A DNA stretch of 64,000 nucleotides from Candidatus Omnitrophota bacterium (lineage in GTDB: Bacteria > Omnitrophota > Gorgyraeia > Gygaellales > Profunditerraquicolaceae): positions 23,479 through 87,478 of the forward strand of contig WOZK01000031.1 in assembly GCA_011620275.1 (NCBI GenBank). Reading direction: 5' to 3'. This document shows, piece by piece, positions 8,594 to 18,500 of this stretch; position 1 is the first letter of the stretch; each line of letters begins with the position of its first letter. The position numbers and the translations under genes were made by a program. Below the pieces are notes generated by a model. It did no database searches and was not told where the DNA came from. It saw only the letters and a program-made list of their open reading frames with translations.

Positions 8594-10276
8594 ATGAACC
8601 TGAAAAAAGTCTCCGTTTATGTAAAGTTAAACTGGATAAAGCTGCTGCTGGTCCTGCTGGCAGTAACCGTGCTAACTCTAACCGTGTTCGCCCTGATAGT
8701 CGGAATGAAGGCGATGACAGGGCTGGAATCGTTCTATAAACAAATGCAGCTTTCCATGATCCCGCTGCAGTTATTCATAGCCGTAGTCACCGCTTTCGTC
8801 TTCGCCTCCATCTATACGGTATTTCACTACTGGTTCTTTTTTGCCGGGGGGATGACTAAACTCGGGCAGAAAAAGATAAAAAGCGTGGAAGTGAACGTGA
8901 AATGGGTTGAAGTCATCGGCATGGATGAAGTAAAACGGGAGGCCTGGGAAGTAGTGCAGTTATTAAAAGACCGCACTAAACTGCAGCGCGTGGGTGGGCA
9001 GATCGTAAAGGGGATACTGCTTTCCGGGCCGCCGGGATGCGGAAAAACCTATCTGGCCAAAGCAATAGCCACGGAAGTGCAGATGCCGTTCCTTTCAGTG
9101 GTAGGCAGCGAGCTTGAAGGCATCATCGTCGGTCTGGGGGCGGCAAAAATTCGTTCGCTGTTCAAAGAAGCCCGCGCCCTGGCGGAATTGCACGGCGGAT
9201 GCATAATATTCATCGACGAAATAGATTCGGTAGCCAGGCCGAGGAGAGATGATGCCGGCTTCGGCGGACAGATGAGCGCGAACGCTGCGGTCAACCAGCT
9301 GCTCACGGAGCTGGACGGGCTGCGCAAGAAAGAAAACAACCTTGTAGTGATCGGGGCCACCAATGTGGATGAAAAAGACCTCGACCAGGCGCTGATGCGC
9401 GCCGGACGTTTCGACAGAAAAATATACATAGGACTGCCCGGGCTCAAAGACAGAGAACAGCTTTTCGAATTCTATCTTAAAAAGGTGCGCTGCGGAAGCG
9501 ACATAAGTATAGGACAGCTGGCGCGCAAGGCGGTTTACAAAAGCCCCGCCGACATAAACAACATCGTGCGGGAGGCCGGGATAATCGCCATCCGCAAACA
9601 CAAGGACAGCATAGGCATGGCCGAGATAAACGAAGCTATGGAAAGAATAGACATGGGCTTGAGAAAATCGCTGGAGCTCAGCCCGGCGGAGAAAGAACAA
9701 GTCGCCTATCATGAAGCCGGGCATGCCATCACCGCGTACCTGCTCCATCCCACCGACGACGTATTCAAAGCCACCATCATCCCGCGCACCGTCGGCTTCC
9801 TCGGCTACGTCTATCACCGTTCGAAGGAAGAAATGCACATACACAACAAGGAATATTACCTGGCCAATATAAAGGTGGCGCTGGGTTCTTACGCCGCGGA
9901 GATGCTGAAATTCCGCACGACCACTTCGGGGGTCGGAGAAGACATGCTTCAGGCGGCTTTCTGGGCCTATAATATGGTCTGGTGCTGGGGTATGGGTTCT
10001 TCCGGAATGAAAGGCAATTTCAAGGAATTGAGCAAAAACTTTTCTTCTTCCGCGTGGCCGCAGATAAGCTTTATTTCGGAGAAGACCAAGGAAAGGCTGG
10101 ACGACGACGTACAAAGCATACTTTTCCAGTGCCTGCAGGAAGTGGAAGAGCTGTTAAAGAAAGAGTCCGCCCTGCTTGACCGCTTCGCCGGGGAACTGGT
10201 CGCCAAAGAAGAACTGGATTTCGACCAGATAGAAGCGATATTCAAGGAATGCGGGAAAGAACGGACAAGAAAATGA
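8594..10276 (+). CDS. FtsH-like AAA+ zinc metalloprotease (peptidase M41)
   Basis: Two N-terminal TM segments, Walker A GPPGCGKT, Walker B IFIDEID, SRH LDQALMRAGRFDR and HEAGH. GGAGG RBS. Confidence 0.92.
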   Translation: MNLKKVSVYVKLNWIKLLLVLLAVTVLTLTVFALIVGMKAMTGLESFYKQMQLSMIPLQLFIAVVTAFVFASIYTVFHYWFFFAGGMTKLGQKKIKSVEVNVKWVEVIGMDEVKREAWEVVQLLKDRTKLQRVGGQIVKGILLSGPPGCGKTYLAKAIATEVQMPFLSVVGSELEGIIVGLGAAKIRSLFKEARALAELHGGCIIFIDEIDSVARPRRDDAGFGGQMSANAAVNQLLTELDGLRKKENNLVVIGATNVDEKDLDQALMRAGRFDRKIYIGLPGLKDREQLFEFYLKKVRCGSDISIGQLARKAVYKSPADINNIVREAGIIAIRKHKDSIGMAEINEAMERIDMGLRKSLELSPAEKEQVAYHEAGHAITAYLLHPTDDVFKATIIPRTVGFLGYVYHRSKEEMHIHNKEYYLANIKVALGSYAAEMLKFRTTTSGVGEDMLQAAFWAYNMVWCWGMGSSGMKGNFKELSKNFSSSAWPQISFISEKTKERLDDDVQSILFQCLQEVEELLKKESALLDRFAGELVAKEELDFDQIEAIFKECGKERTRK

Positions 10277-11100
10277 AACGCCTTCCCGCGGCACTCCTGT
10301 CTTTCTTGGTTGCCTCTGTTCTATGCGGATGCTTTTCTCTGCAGCCTACTTATACGAAAGAAAAAGCCGCCGAAGCGGTGATCGCCCTCTGCCGCAACGA
10401 ATACGGCCTGAAAGTAAACGCCTGGCTATCCGGAGACACCCTCTACGTTTACCTGCCGGTGGCATCGCTGACGACCACGGATAAGGAATTGGCCGGCGTA
10501 ATACAAAAGAATATTAACCGCCTCGTGGTCTCCGCCACCAGAGTCTGCCTGAGCATGAACCCGCGGGTGGAATTCTTGGTAATCGCCGTTACCGACACCG
10601 GACAGCACGGGATAGAATACAGGAACGTAAATTACGTCACGGACCTGGTCAAACTGCAGTGTAACGCGATTTCCAGGAATGATTTCGCCGCGCGCAGTAT
10701 AATTTCGATAACGCAGAACCCGCTGGGCGTGGGAGACGAGGAAGGTAAATACATCCTGAAGGAGCCTGTCAGGAAAGAGGACTTTATCTGCTCCCTCATA
10801 GCGCAAAAGATAAGCTACTCTGCGGCACAACAGCATCCGAACGCGGCGGCCGGACCGCCTAAAGCGGCGGAAGTAAGCCTAAAGGACCGCTATCTGGAGA
10901 TCAATCTGTTGCAACCTGCCTCAGGAACGGCGGCCGGGCTCAAAGAAACGGCATTGGCCGCCGCGGCCTGGGTGGTCAATGAATACGATTTTCACGATTT
11001 CGACACGCTGAAACTATCTGGCCCGCCGCCGGATAACGCCGAATCGGAATTCAGCCGCAAAGCCCTACTCTCACATCCGCAAGAAGTAAACCGCAAATGA
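10273..11100 (+). CDS. Hypothetical lipoprotein coupled to the FtsH-like gene
   Basis: ATGA overlap with the upstream stop and lipobox VLCGC. Confidence 0.7.
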   Translation: MKRLPAALLSFLVASVLCGCFSLQPTYTKEKAAEAVIALCRNEYGLKVNAWLSGDTLYVYLPVASLTTTDKELAGVIQKNINRLVVSATRVCLSMNPRVEFLVIAVTDTGQHGIEYRNVNYVTDLVKLQCNAISRNDFAARSIISITQNPLGVGDEEGKYILKEPVRKEDFICSLIAQKISYSAAQQHPNAAAGPPKAAEVSLKDRYLEINLLQPASGTAAGLKETALAAAAWVVNEYDFHDFDTLKLSGPPPDNAESEFSRKALLSHPQEVNRK

Positions 11101-11110
11101 AATCCGCGAA

Positions 11111-11719
11111 TCAATAAGATATCTTTCTGCCTTTTACGCGCAAGCGTCCGCGCAGTAAAAGATCTATCGCCAGCGGATAAATGCGGTGCTCTGCCTTATG
11201 TATTCTTTTCTCAAGTCCGGCCAAGGTATCATTCCTGCCGATCTTAACTTCTTCCTGCATTATTATCGGGCCGTGGTCGGTCTTCTCATCTACGAAATGC
11301 ACGGTCACTCCGGTAACCTTGGCACCGTATTCGAAGGCGTCGCGTATCGCGTGAGCCCCTTTAAAAGAAGGAAGCAGAGAAGGGTGGATATTGATTATCC
11401 GGTTACGGTAACGTCTGACGAACGAAGGACTGAGTATGCGCATGAACCCGGCCAGAACTACCAGGTCTACGCGGCCGCGGCGCAGAGCGTAAAGGACCTC
11501 TGCCTCGAACAACTCACGGGAAGAAAAATCTCCGCGGGAGACAATCAAAGTCCTTATCCCGGCCCGGGCCGCCTTTTCGATGACCGGCGCCGCCGGATTG
11601 TCGCAAAGCAAAAACGCGATCTCCGCTTTAATCAACCCGCTCTTTACCGCTTTCACTATGGCGAGGGAATTGCTCCCCGTGCCGGAAGCGAATACGGCAA
11701 TCCTGGCTTTCCTTTTCAT
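11111..11719 (-). CDS. purN: Phosphoribosylglycinamide formyltransferase
   Basis: ASGTGSN, LAGFMRIL, NIHPSLLP and TGVTVHFV. Confidence 0.97.
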   Translation of the reverse strand: MKRKARIAVFASGTGSNSLAIVKAVKSGLIKAEIAFLLCDNPAAPVIEKAARAGIRTLIVSRGDFSSRELFEAEVLYALRRGRVDLVVLAGFMRILSPSFVRRYRNRIINIHPSLLPSFKGAHAIRDAFEYGAKVTGVTVHFVDEKTDHGPIIMQEEVKIGRNDTLAGLEKRIHKAEHRIYPLAIDLLLRGRLRVKGRKISY

Positions 11720-11739
11720 AAACCGCTCCTCAAACCCGC

Positions 11740-12528
11740 TTACAAAACGGCTATCGCTTTAACCGGACAGACCTCGACGCACTCCATGCACGAAATACAT
11801 TTAGCGCAGTCTATGACCGCCAGATTATTTTCCACTTTTATCGCCCCGTATTTGCAGGTTTTCTCGCAGCGTCTGCAGGCAATGCAGGCAGACTGACAGT
11901 ATCCGCGCTTAACCGCGGCGGTATCGAGAGAACGACACGCCACGAAGACCTTTTGTTCTTGCGTCCGGAGCGAAAACAGGTGTTTGGGACAAACGCTGAC
12001 GCACTTACCGCAGGCGCGGCATTTATTCTTATCCACGCACGGCAGGCCGTCTTTTCCCATGCTGATCGCGCTGAAAGGACAAACCGTCACGCATGTCCCC
12101 AGGCCTATGCAACCGTAGGGACATTCTTTCGGCCCGCCGAGTAGGGCGACCGCGGCCCGGCAATCCTTTAAACCGGAGTAAATGTATCTTTCCGCTACTT
12201 TCGCTCCGCCGCGGCAATGCAGCACCACGGTCCTCTTGAGGGATTTATCCAGCTTTTTGCCGAGGATGGCCGCTATCTCCCGCTTAACGCTTTCGTCGCC
12301 GGCCCGGCAGGCATCCGGGGAAAGCTCGCCCTTAAGAACGGCCTCGGCGAAACCGAAGCAACCGGCGGCGCCGCAGGCCCCGCAATTAGCCCCCGGCAGC
12401 AGCCCCATTATTTTTTCCAGGCGCAGGTCGGTATTATGCACGGCCAGCTTGCGCGAGGCGAAAGCCAGACCCGCCCCGAACAGCGCTCCGAGCGCCCCCA
12501 GTGTTAAAACCGCCACCAGTATAGACAT
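11740..12528 (-). CDS. rnfB: Rnf complex subunit B (polyferredoxin)
   Basis: LPGANCGACG and several CxxCxxCxxxCP motifs. Confidence 0.95.
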   Translation of the reverse strand: MSILVAVLTLGALGALFGAGLAFASRKLAVHNTDLRLEKIMGLLPGANCGACGAAGCFGFAEAVLKGELSPDACRAGDESVKREIAAILGKKLDKSLKRTVVLHCRGGAKVAERYIYSGLKDCRAAVALLGGPKECPYGCIGLGTCVTVCPFSAISMGKDGLPCVDKNKCRACGKCVSVCPKHLFSLRTQEQKVFVACRSLDTAAVKRGYCQSACIACRRCEKTCKYGAIKVENNLAVIDCAKCISCMECVEVCPVKAIAVL

Positions 12529-12546
12529 AACTCTATTCCCTCCGGG

Positions 12547-13155
12547 TCAGAACCTGAACCCGTTAAAACCCATGAACGAAAGGCTCATCAGCGAAGCTGT
12601 GACGAAAGCAATGGGGAATTCCCGCACCGCCTCCGGCACGCGCGAATATTCCAGTCTCTCCCTTATGGCGGACATCAAAAGCATCGCCAGCGTATAGCCG
12701 ATGCCGACGCATACGCCCTGAAAGATGGAGAAAATGAAACTACCCGGTAGGGGTTTTCCCTTACTGAAGAACATGTCGGTGTTAAGCACGGCTACGCCCA
12801 GAACGGCGCAATTTACGGTGATCAACGGCAGGTAAATTCCAAACATGCGGTAAAGCGCGGGCATGAATTTGCGGACTACCATCTCCACCAGCTGAACGCA
12901 GGAGGCTATAACCAGTATGAAAGAAATTGTTCGCAGATAAGCAAGATCGAAAGGTATCAAAAGGTAATTATAGACCACCCAGGTGATCGCCGAAGACATG
13001 ACGATGACGAAAAACACCGCTGAACTCATTGCCAGAGCCGGACGGGTCTCCTTGGAAATGGCGATGAAGGAGCACAATCCCAGGAAACGCGAGAGGATGA
13101 CGTTGGAAACGAAAATGCTGGAAATAAATATCGCCAGAAAATGTCCCGCGTTCAT
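12547..13155 (-). CDS. rnfA: Rnf complex subunit A
   Basis: RFLGLC, YLPLITVNCAVLG and IRERLE. Confidence 0.95.
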   Translation of the reverse strand: MNAGHFLAIFISSIFVSNVILSRFLGLCSFIAISKETRPALAMSSAVFFVIVMSSAITWVVYNYLLIPFDLAYLRTISFILVIASCVQLVEMVVRKFMPALYRMFGIYLPLITVNCAVLGVAVLNTDMFFSKGKPLPGSFIFSIFQGVCVGIGYTLAMLLMSAIRERLEYSRVPEAVREFPIAFVTASLMSLSFMGFNGFRF

Positions 13156-13742
13156 TCCCTCCTCCCCTTCAACAGATTAAAGAACCCCAACATCCCGCCT
13201 ATGACCAGAAGCGCTCCCGGAGGCAACGCCATCATCAGCGCCGGTTGAAAACCGGGCAAGATTGTATACCCAAGCAGCTGTCCAGAACCGAGCAATTCCC
13301 TGACCGCGGATATAAGCGCCAGTCCCAGAGTGAACCCGACGCCCATCCCGAGAGCGTCTACGAGCGAAGCGGGCAGCGTCCGGTGTGAAGCGAAGGCCTC
13401 GGCTCTGCCGAGCACCACGCAGTTTACCACTATCAACGAGACATATATACCCAGGGCCCTGTTCAACGCGGGGCTGTAGGCCTTCATCACCAATTCGGCG
13501 ATGGTCACGAAAGTGGCGATGACGATAATGAAACACGGTATGCGTATCTTGTCCGGCACGGCCTTCTTTATTAAAGATACGATGCAATTGGAGCCAACCA
13601 GCACGAAGGTGGCTGCCGCACCCATACCCAGCGCGTTCTTTACCGAAGTGGATACGGCCAGCACCGGGCAGAGGCCTAGTGCGAGGACAAAAATAGGGTT
13701 CTGTTTTATTATCCCTTTCAGGAACTCCGGTAACAGCTTCAT
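13152..13742 (-). CDS. rnfE: Rnf complex subunit E
   Basis: LGLCPVLAVS, IRIP and LIVVNCVVLGRAEAFAS. Start moved to MKLLPEF (13742). Confidence 0.95.
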   Translation of the reverse strand: MKLLPEFLKGIIKQNPIFVLALGLCPVLAVSTSVKNALGMGAAATFVLVGSNCIVSLIKKAVPDKIRIPCFIIVIATFVTIAELVMKAYSPALNRALGIYVSLIVVNCVVLGRAEAFASHRTLPASLVDALGMGVGFTLGLALISAVRELLGSGQLLGYTILPGFQPALMMALPPGALLVIGGMLGFFNLLKGRRE

Positions 13743-14686
13743 CTCATCTTCCCCGTGCCGTAAATACGCCCGCGGGTGTACCTGTCGATAAATGGAGAAA
13801 CCGCGTTCATCATCAAGATGGCGTAACATGTCCCTTCCGGATATCCTCCCCACAGCCGGATAACCGCCGTTAACAGACCGCATCCCGTACCATAGATCAA
13901 CTGTCCTTGGGCGGTCAAAGGCGATGTCACGTAATCAGTCGCCATGTAAAAGGCACCCAGCACCAGCCCGCCGGAAAGCAGATAAAACAACCAATCCCCG
14001 CTGAACAGCCCGGAAGGTCCGAAAACATAATGAAGTATCCCTGTGGTAAAGAGATAGGAAACCGGAATATGCCAGGTTATATATCCTTTCAAAAAAAGGA
14101 AAACCGCACCTGCCAGCAGCCCTACCACGCACACCTCACCTATACACCCCCCTTTGTTCCCCAGGAAAAGATCCAGATAAGAATACACCTGCCGGAGATG
14201 CCCCTCCTTCAACGCCGACAACGGGGTGGCGGAAGCAACGGCGTCGAAACCCGGAGCCCGAAAAGAAGTCATGTAAGCCGGCCAGGACGCCATAAGGAAG
14301 GCCCTTGCCGCGAGGGCCGGATTGAATATGTTCTGTCCCAACCCTCCGAAAATCTGTTTGCCTACGGCGATTGCGAAAAAGGAACCTACTGCCGGCATCC
14401 ACAGCGGCACGCCGGACGGCAGGTTATACGCCAGAAGCAGTCCGGTAAGAAAAGCGCTGCCGTCTAACAAGGTAACCTGTCTGCGCGTCATTTTTTGCAA
14501 CAGCCATTCCGTGGCCAGCGCTGCCGCGACCGCTGTCCCTATTACTGCCAGGGCCGCATATCCGAAAAGATAGACCCCGGCCGCTCCGGCTGGAAGAAGC
14601 GCCAAACTGACGCCCCACATTATGCGCGCCGTGGATTGATGCGCATGCATATGCGGCGCCGCGGTTACTATAAGCTTATTTCCCAT
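13739..14686 (-). CDS. rnfD: Rnf complex subunit D
   Basis: KQIFGGLGQNIFNPA, FMN site SATPL, MATDYVTSP and GGYPEG. Confidence 0.95.
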   Translation of the reverse strand: MGNKLIVTAAPHMHAHQSTARIMWGVSLALLPAGAAGVYLFGYAALAVIGTAVAAALATEWLLQKMTRRQVTLLDGSAFLTGLLLAYNLPSGVPLWMPAVGSFFAIAVGKQIFGGLGQNIFNPALAARAFLMASWPAYMTSFRAPGFDAVASATPLSALKEGHLRQVYSYLDLFLGNKGGCIGEVCVVGLLAGAVFLFLKGYITWHIPVSYLFTTGILHYVFGPSGLFSGDWLFYLLSGGLVLGAFYMATDYVTSPLTAQGQLIYGTGCGLLTAVIRLWGGYPEGTCYAILMMNAVSPFIDRYTRGRIYGTGKMR

Positions 14687-15200
14687 TACGTAAAGCCTCC
14701 CTTACTTCGGCCGCTTTCAGGTCTATGGAAGAGCTGACCGCCCGCGAAGAAATAGTGGCCCCGGTTATCGCCTGCACCCCGGAAACCCGGGCCGCATCCA
14801 CGCCGCTGAACCTGCCTGTGAAAGATCCTTCCGCAACCTTGCTTCCCAATCCGGGGGTCTCGTTCTGGTTGAGGACTTTTATCGCTTTTATCTTCGCCTG
14901 GGCGTCCATACAAACCATAGTCTCTATCATGCCGGAATACCCCTTACCCACGGCTTTGAACAACACGCTTAGTAACTTGCCGTTTTTATCATAAGCCCTG
15001 TAGAAGAAGACCGTATCCCCTTTAAGCACCGGTGTGAAAACCGCGGCTTCAGGTTGCAGTCCCTTCAATGCCGCTTCCTCCTCCAGACCAGCCTGCGCCG
15101 CGATACGCGAAGCGGTGACGGCGTTGACCGCCGCAAGCAGACCTCCGGCCGATAATGCTATAAAGCCCAAAATGAACGCGGACCTTAAGATATCTTTCAT
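14676..15200 (-). CDS. rnfG: Rnf complex subunit G (FMN-binding)
   Basis: GKGYSG, ETPGLG and ITGATISS. Start moved to MKDILRS (15200). Confidence 0.93.
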   Translation of the reverse strand: MKDILRSAFILGFIALSAGGLLAAVNAVTASRIAAQAGLEEEAALKGLQPEAAVFTPVLKGDTVFFYRAYDKNGKLLSVLFKAVGKGYSGMIETMVCMDAQAKIKAIKVLNQNETPGLGSKVAEGSFTGRFSGVDAARVSGVQAITGATISSRAVSSSIDLKAAEVREALRNGK

Positions 15201-16468
15201 CTGGCGGCCTCCGCTTTGGCTTTCTTTATATATTGTACCAGCCTGCGGTTCGCCGGACATACATATGCGCACGCCCCGCATTCCAAACAATCGGCCAACC
15301 CGTGCCGTTTAGCTTCTTCCAACATCCCTTTTTCGGCCGCCGCCCCCAGCATACAAGGAAGCAACCCGGTGGAACAGACGCGCACGCATCTGCCGCAGCG
15401 TATACAGGCGCTCTCTTCCAGGATACGGCCGCTTTTCTCCCCCAGCACCAACACCCCGCTGGTGGTTTTGATCACCGGGACATCGATCCCGGCCTGGGTT
15501 ATGCCCATCATCGGCCCACCTATGATTATCCTACGCGGTTCTTCTTTAAGCGGACCGCAGAAGGAAATCAGCGCGGATATCGGCGTGCCTGTCCGGACCA
15601 GTAAGTTTGCCGGATTCGACAGGCAATCCCCGGTGACGGTAACCACTCTTTCATAAAGCGGCTTACCGAGAAAAACCGCTTCATAAGCGGCGAACACTGT
15701 GGCCACGTTCTGCACGACGGCGCCGGCTTCAAACGGCAGTTTGCCGCGCGGAACCTCTCTGCCCAGCACGCTTTTAATCAACTGTTTTTCCCCACCCTGG
15801 GGATAAAAAGACCTTAATTTCTTAACCCTCAGCGGACCGGAGGCTTTGGCCAGTAAAAGTTCAACCGCCCTGGGCTTATTGTCCTCAACGGCTATGCATA
15901 TATCCTCGGCCCCCAGTATGCGACCCAACAGCAACGCCCCTTTAATGATCTCGTCGCTTTTCTCCAGCATCAAGCGGTAATCGGAAGTCAGATACGGTTC
16001 GCACTCGGCGCCGTTAACGATCAAAGTCCTCACACGGACCGGAGGTTTAAGCTTGAGGAAAGAAGGAAAACCCGCGCCTCCCATACCTACCAGGCCGGCG
16101 TCGCGTATTATATCGAGAAGTTCCTCCGGTTGCAAAGAGTCCACGTCACGCGCTTCGCGCGCCCGGAAAGCGTAAGAATCAGGCAGCCGCGTCTCTATTA
16201 CCGCCGCGCTGCACCTGCCGAGCACGGGGTGCGCGCAGGTTTCGATTGAAGAAACCGTGCCGGTCACGGAAGAATGAACTGCCGCCGACGGCATGGCCCC
16301 GGCGGAGGCTATCCGCTGTCCGGTAATGACTTTATCGCCCGGCTTAACCTCAAGCAGGCCAAGCTTGCCTAAATGCTGGCAGAACGGGATGAACATCTTT
16401 TCCGGCGGGGGCAGGACCGTTATTTTCTTATCTTCGGTGGCTTCTTTGCGATGCTCTAATTTAACCAT
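15197..16468 (-). CDS. rnfC: Rnf complex subunit C
   Basis: GMGGAGFP, NGAECEPYLTSD, YPQGGEKQLI, GGPMMG and two ferredoxin motifs. Confidence 0.96.
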   Translation of the reverse strand: MVKLEHRKEATEDKKITVLPPPEKMFIPFCQHLGKLGLLEVKPGDKVITGQRIASAGAMPSAAVHSSVTGTVSSIETCAHPVLGRCSAAVIETRLPDSYAFRAREARDVDSLQPEELLDIIRDAGLVGMGGAGFPSFLKLKPPVRVRTLIVNGAECEPYLTSDYRLMLEKSDEIIKGALLLGRILGAEDICIAVEDNKPRAVELLLAKASGPLRVKKLRSFYPQGGEKQLIKSVLGREVPRGKLPFEAGAVVQNVATVFAAYEAVFLGKPLYERVVTVTGDCLSNPANLLVRTGTPISALISFCGPLKEEPRRIIIGGPMMGITQAGIDVPVIKTTSGVLVLGEKSGRILEESACIRCGRCVRVCSTGLLPCMLGAAAEKGMLEEAKRHGLADCLECGACAYVCPANRRLVQYIKKAKAEAAR

Positions 16469-17718
16469 GCGGCCATTCTTTTGTAAAAGATATTCGCCAG
16501 CCCGGTCAGCGCGAAGGCGCAGCCGACAACGGAAATGATGAATACCTCCGGAAGCCTTTCGGCTATCTTACTGCTTAAAAGCATGAAAATAAGGAACCCC
16601 GCGTGCATGATTATTTCCATCGCGCTGAATACCTTGCCGCGCATCTGGCTGTCGCTGACTCTGTGTATTATAGTGTTGGAGGCGATCATGATAGGGGAGA
16701 TGCACAAACCCAGAAGCAGCGCCAGACTTGCCGCCACATTGAAAAAAGGATACCTCTGCAGCGTGAAGGCGAAAATTATCAATACGATCCCGACCGAAGC
16801 AAGGGAAATAAAGATCATTCTGTAATGCGATATTCTGGATCCGAAACGGCCATAGACCACCGAACCGAGAAAAAGACCCGCGCCCAGGAATACGATGAGG
16901 AAACCGATATCTTTGGTCGCAGAATGCAGAGTCTTCTGCACAAAGACTATCATCACCACGTAAAGAGCGCCCAGGGCCGCGGAAAGCGAAAAGATAAGCC
17001 CCACGGTGAAGCGTATATGCTTGTTTTTCAGGACGTATTTCCAGCTCTCTTTCAGTTCCTGCAGCACCGTCTTCTTAAAAATCTCCTCCATTTCCCTGAC
17101 GGGATGAGAAACCGCCTGCTCCCGCATTCTACTGCGGACCCCGGTGTAGATAAAGAAAATCAGGCCGGCGGAAAAAGCGAAACTAAGCGAATCTAGGAAA
17201 AAACCGCTCTCGGGACCGAGCCACTCCACCAAAAGCCCGCTTACGCCAAACCCGGCCACCGCGGCTATCATTCCTGTCATATTGGCGAGGGTATTGGCTA
17301 TCAGCAGCTGTTTTTTCTCCACGAGTTCAGGCAGTATCGCCATCTTGGCCGGGACAAAAAACCTGCCGATGCCGAAAATAACAAATATGACCGCATACAA
17401 GGGAAGTAAGTTGCTGTTGTGAAAGAAGAAAAGAGGGATTGTTAACACGAGGACCGCCCGCAGAAAATCGCATACGTACATCGTGCGGCGTTTGTCCCAG
17501 CGGTCAACGTAAACGCCTGCCAACGGCCCAACCACAAAAACCGGGAGGATCGTAAAGGACATTATTTTGGCGATCTGCATCGGGGAACCGGGGGCCTTGA
17601 GATATATCAACCCCAGTAAAGCCATCTGGTCCAGCCTATCTCCCAACTGTGAAACGATCTGGCCGAGCCAAAGCAGGAAGAAATTACGGTTTTTCAACAC
17701 CTGGGCGTATTCAGACAT
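16456..17718 (-). CDS. MFS transporter
   Basis: RNFFLLWLGQIVSQLGD, motif A GVYVDRWDKRR and about 12 TM segments. Start moved to MSEYAQ because the longer ORF runs into the tRNA. Confidence 0.9.
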   Translation of the reverse strand: MSEYAQVLKNRNFFLLWLGQIVSQLGDRLDQMALLGLIYLKAPGSPMQIAKIMSFTILPVFVVGPLAGVYVDRWDKRRTMYVCDFLRAVLVLTIPLFFFHNSNLLPLYAVIFVIFGIGRFFVPAKMAILPELVEKKQLLIANTLANMTGMIAAVAGFGVSGLLVEWLGPESGFFLDSLSFAFSAGLIFFIYTGVRSRMREQAVSHPVREMEEIFKKTVLQELKESWKYVLKNKHIRFTVGLIFSLSAALGALYVVMIVFVQKTLHSATKDIGFLIVFLGAGLFLGSVVYGRFGSRISHYRMIFISLASVGIVLIIFAFTLQRYPFFNVAASLALLLGLCISPIMIASNTIIHRVSDSQMRGKVFSAMEIIMHAGFLIFMLLSSKIAERLPEVFIISVVGCAFALTGLANIFYKRMAAWLN

Positions 17719-17811
17719 ATCCCGCTGTATAATATTATATATCCCCGGCGGCACCTCGGGTAAAGCCGGGAATCCTATTTGGGCTTTAACTTCCGCTTTC
17801 AGGGTTAAATA

Positions 17812-17887
17812 TGGAGCCGATGAGTGGATTTGAACCACCGGCCCGCGCTTTACGAAAGCGCTGCTCTACCAACTGAGCTACATCGGC
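17812..17887 (-). tRNA. tRNA-Thr (anticodon CGT)
   Basis: GCCGATGTAGCTCAGTTGGTAGAGCAGCGCT-TTCGTAA-AGCGCGGGCCGGTGGTTCAAATCCACTCATCGGCTCCA, 76 nt with an encoded CCA. Confidence 0.97.
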
Positions 17888-17941
17888 GTAAAACGGCAAG
17901 TACCTATGCCCCTAAAGGGCGACAAGCTGCAAACCGGTATG

Positions 17942-17969
17942 ATTATAACAGCTTTATCGGAATAGTCAA
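17942..17969 (-). promoter_or_regulatory. Sigma70 promoter upstream of tRNA-Thr
   Basis: TTGACT-N16-TATAAT with a TG extended -10 on the minus strand. Confidence 0.6.
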
Positions 17970-18034
17970 CAGCGTGATATATGGATCGGGGAACGCGGGA
18001 AAAAATATGAGCATCCCTCTCTTATCACTCATAT

Positions 18035-18484
18035 TTATGAAGCCGTCAGCCGGGTCTTGACCATCTCGCTGACCTGGCGGGCGTCTGCCGAAGCGCCGGT
18101 CCTGGAGGTCACTTCTTTCATTACCCGGCCCATATCTTTAAGCCCGGAGGCGCCTAGAGAAGTTATGCTCTCTTCTATTATACGCGAGAGGTCGGCAGCG
18201 GACAACTGCGGCGGCAGATAATCTTTCAATATTAAACTCTCTTTTTCTTCCTTGTCGGCGAGGTCCGGGCGGTTCCCCTGCCTGAACTGCTGTATGGAAT
18301 CCTCCCGCCGCTTTATCTGTTTCTTTATCACCGCTATGCAGTCCGCATCGTCCAGCAAGTCCCTGCTCTTGCTCATCGCCACATTCTTGAGTTCAGCCCT
18401 GAGGAAACTCAAAACCGAGGATCTAAGACTATCCTTGCTTTTAAGGGCTTCTTTATAGTCGCTGAAAATCTTTTCTTCAAGCAT
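18035..18484 (-). CDS. GatB/YqeY domain protein
   Basis: KRREDSIQQF, YLPPQLS and KDMGRVM. Confidence 0.93.
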   Translation of the reverse strand: MLEEKIFSDYKEALKSKDSLRSSVLSFLRAELKNVAMSKSRDLLDDADCIAVIKKQIKRREDSIQQFRQGNRPDLADKEEKESLILKDYLPPQLSAADLSRIIEESITSLGASGLKDMGRVMKEVTSRTGASADARQVSEMVKTRLTAS

Positions 18485-18500
18485 GATTGACGCTCTCCTT

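Noticed and set aside
17812-17887. tRNA-Thr as an integration site for an island
   Set aside because: No duplicated tRNA 3' end or integrase was noticed, and the flanking genes are housekeeping genes.
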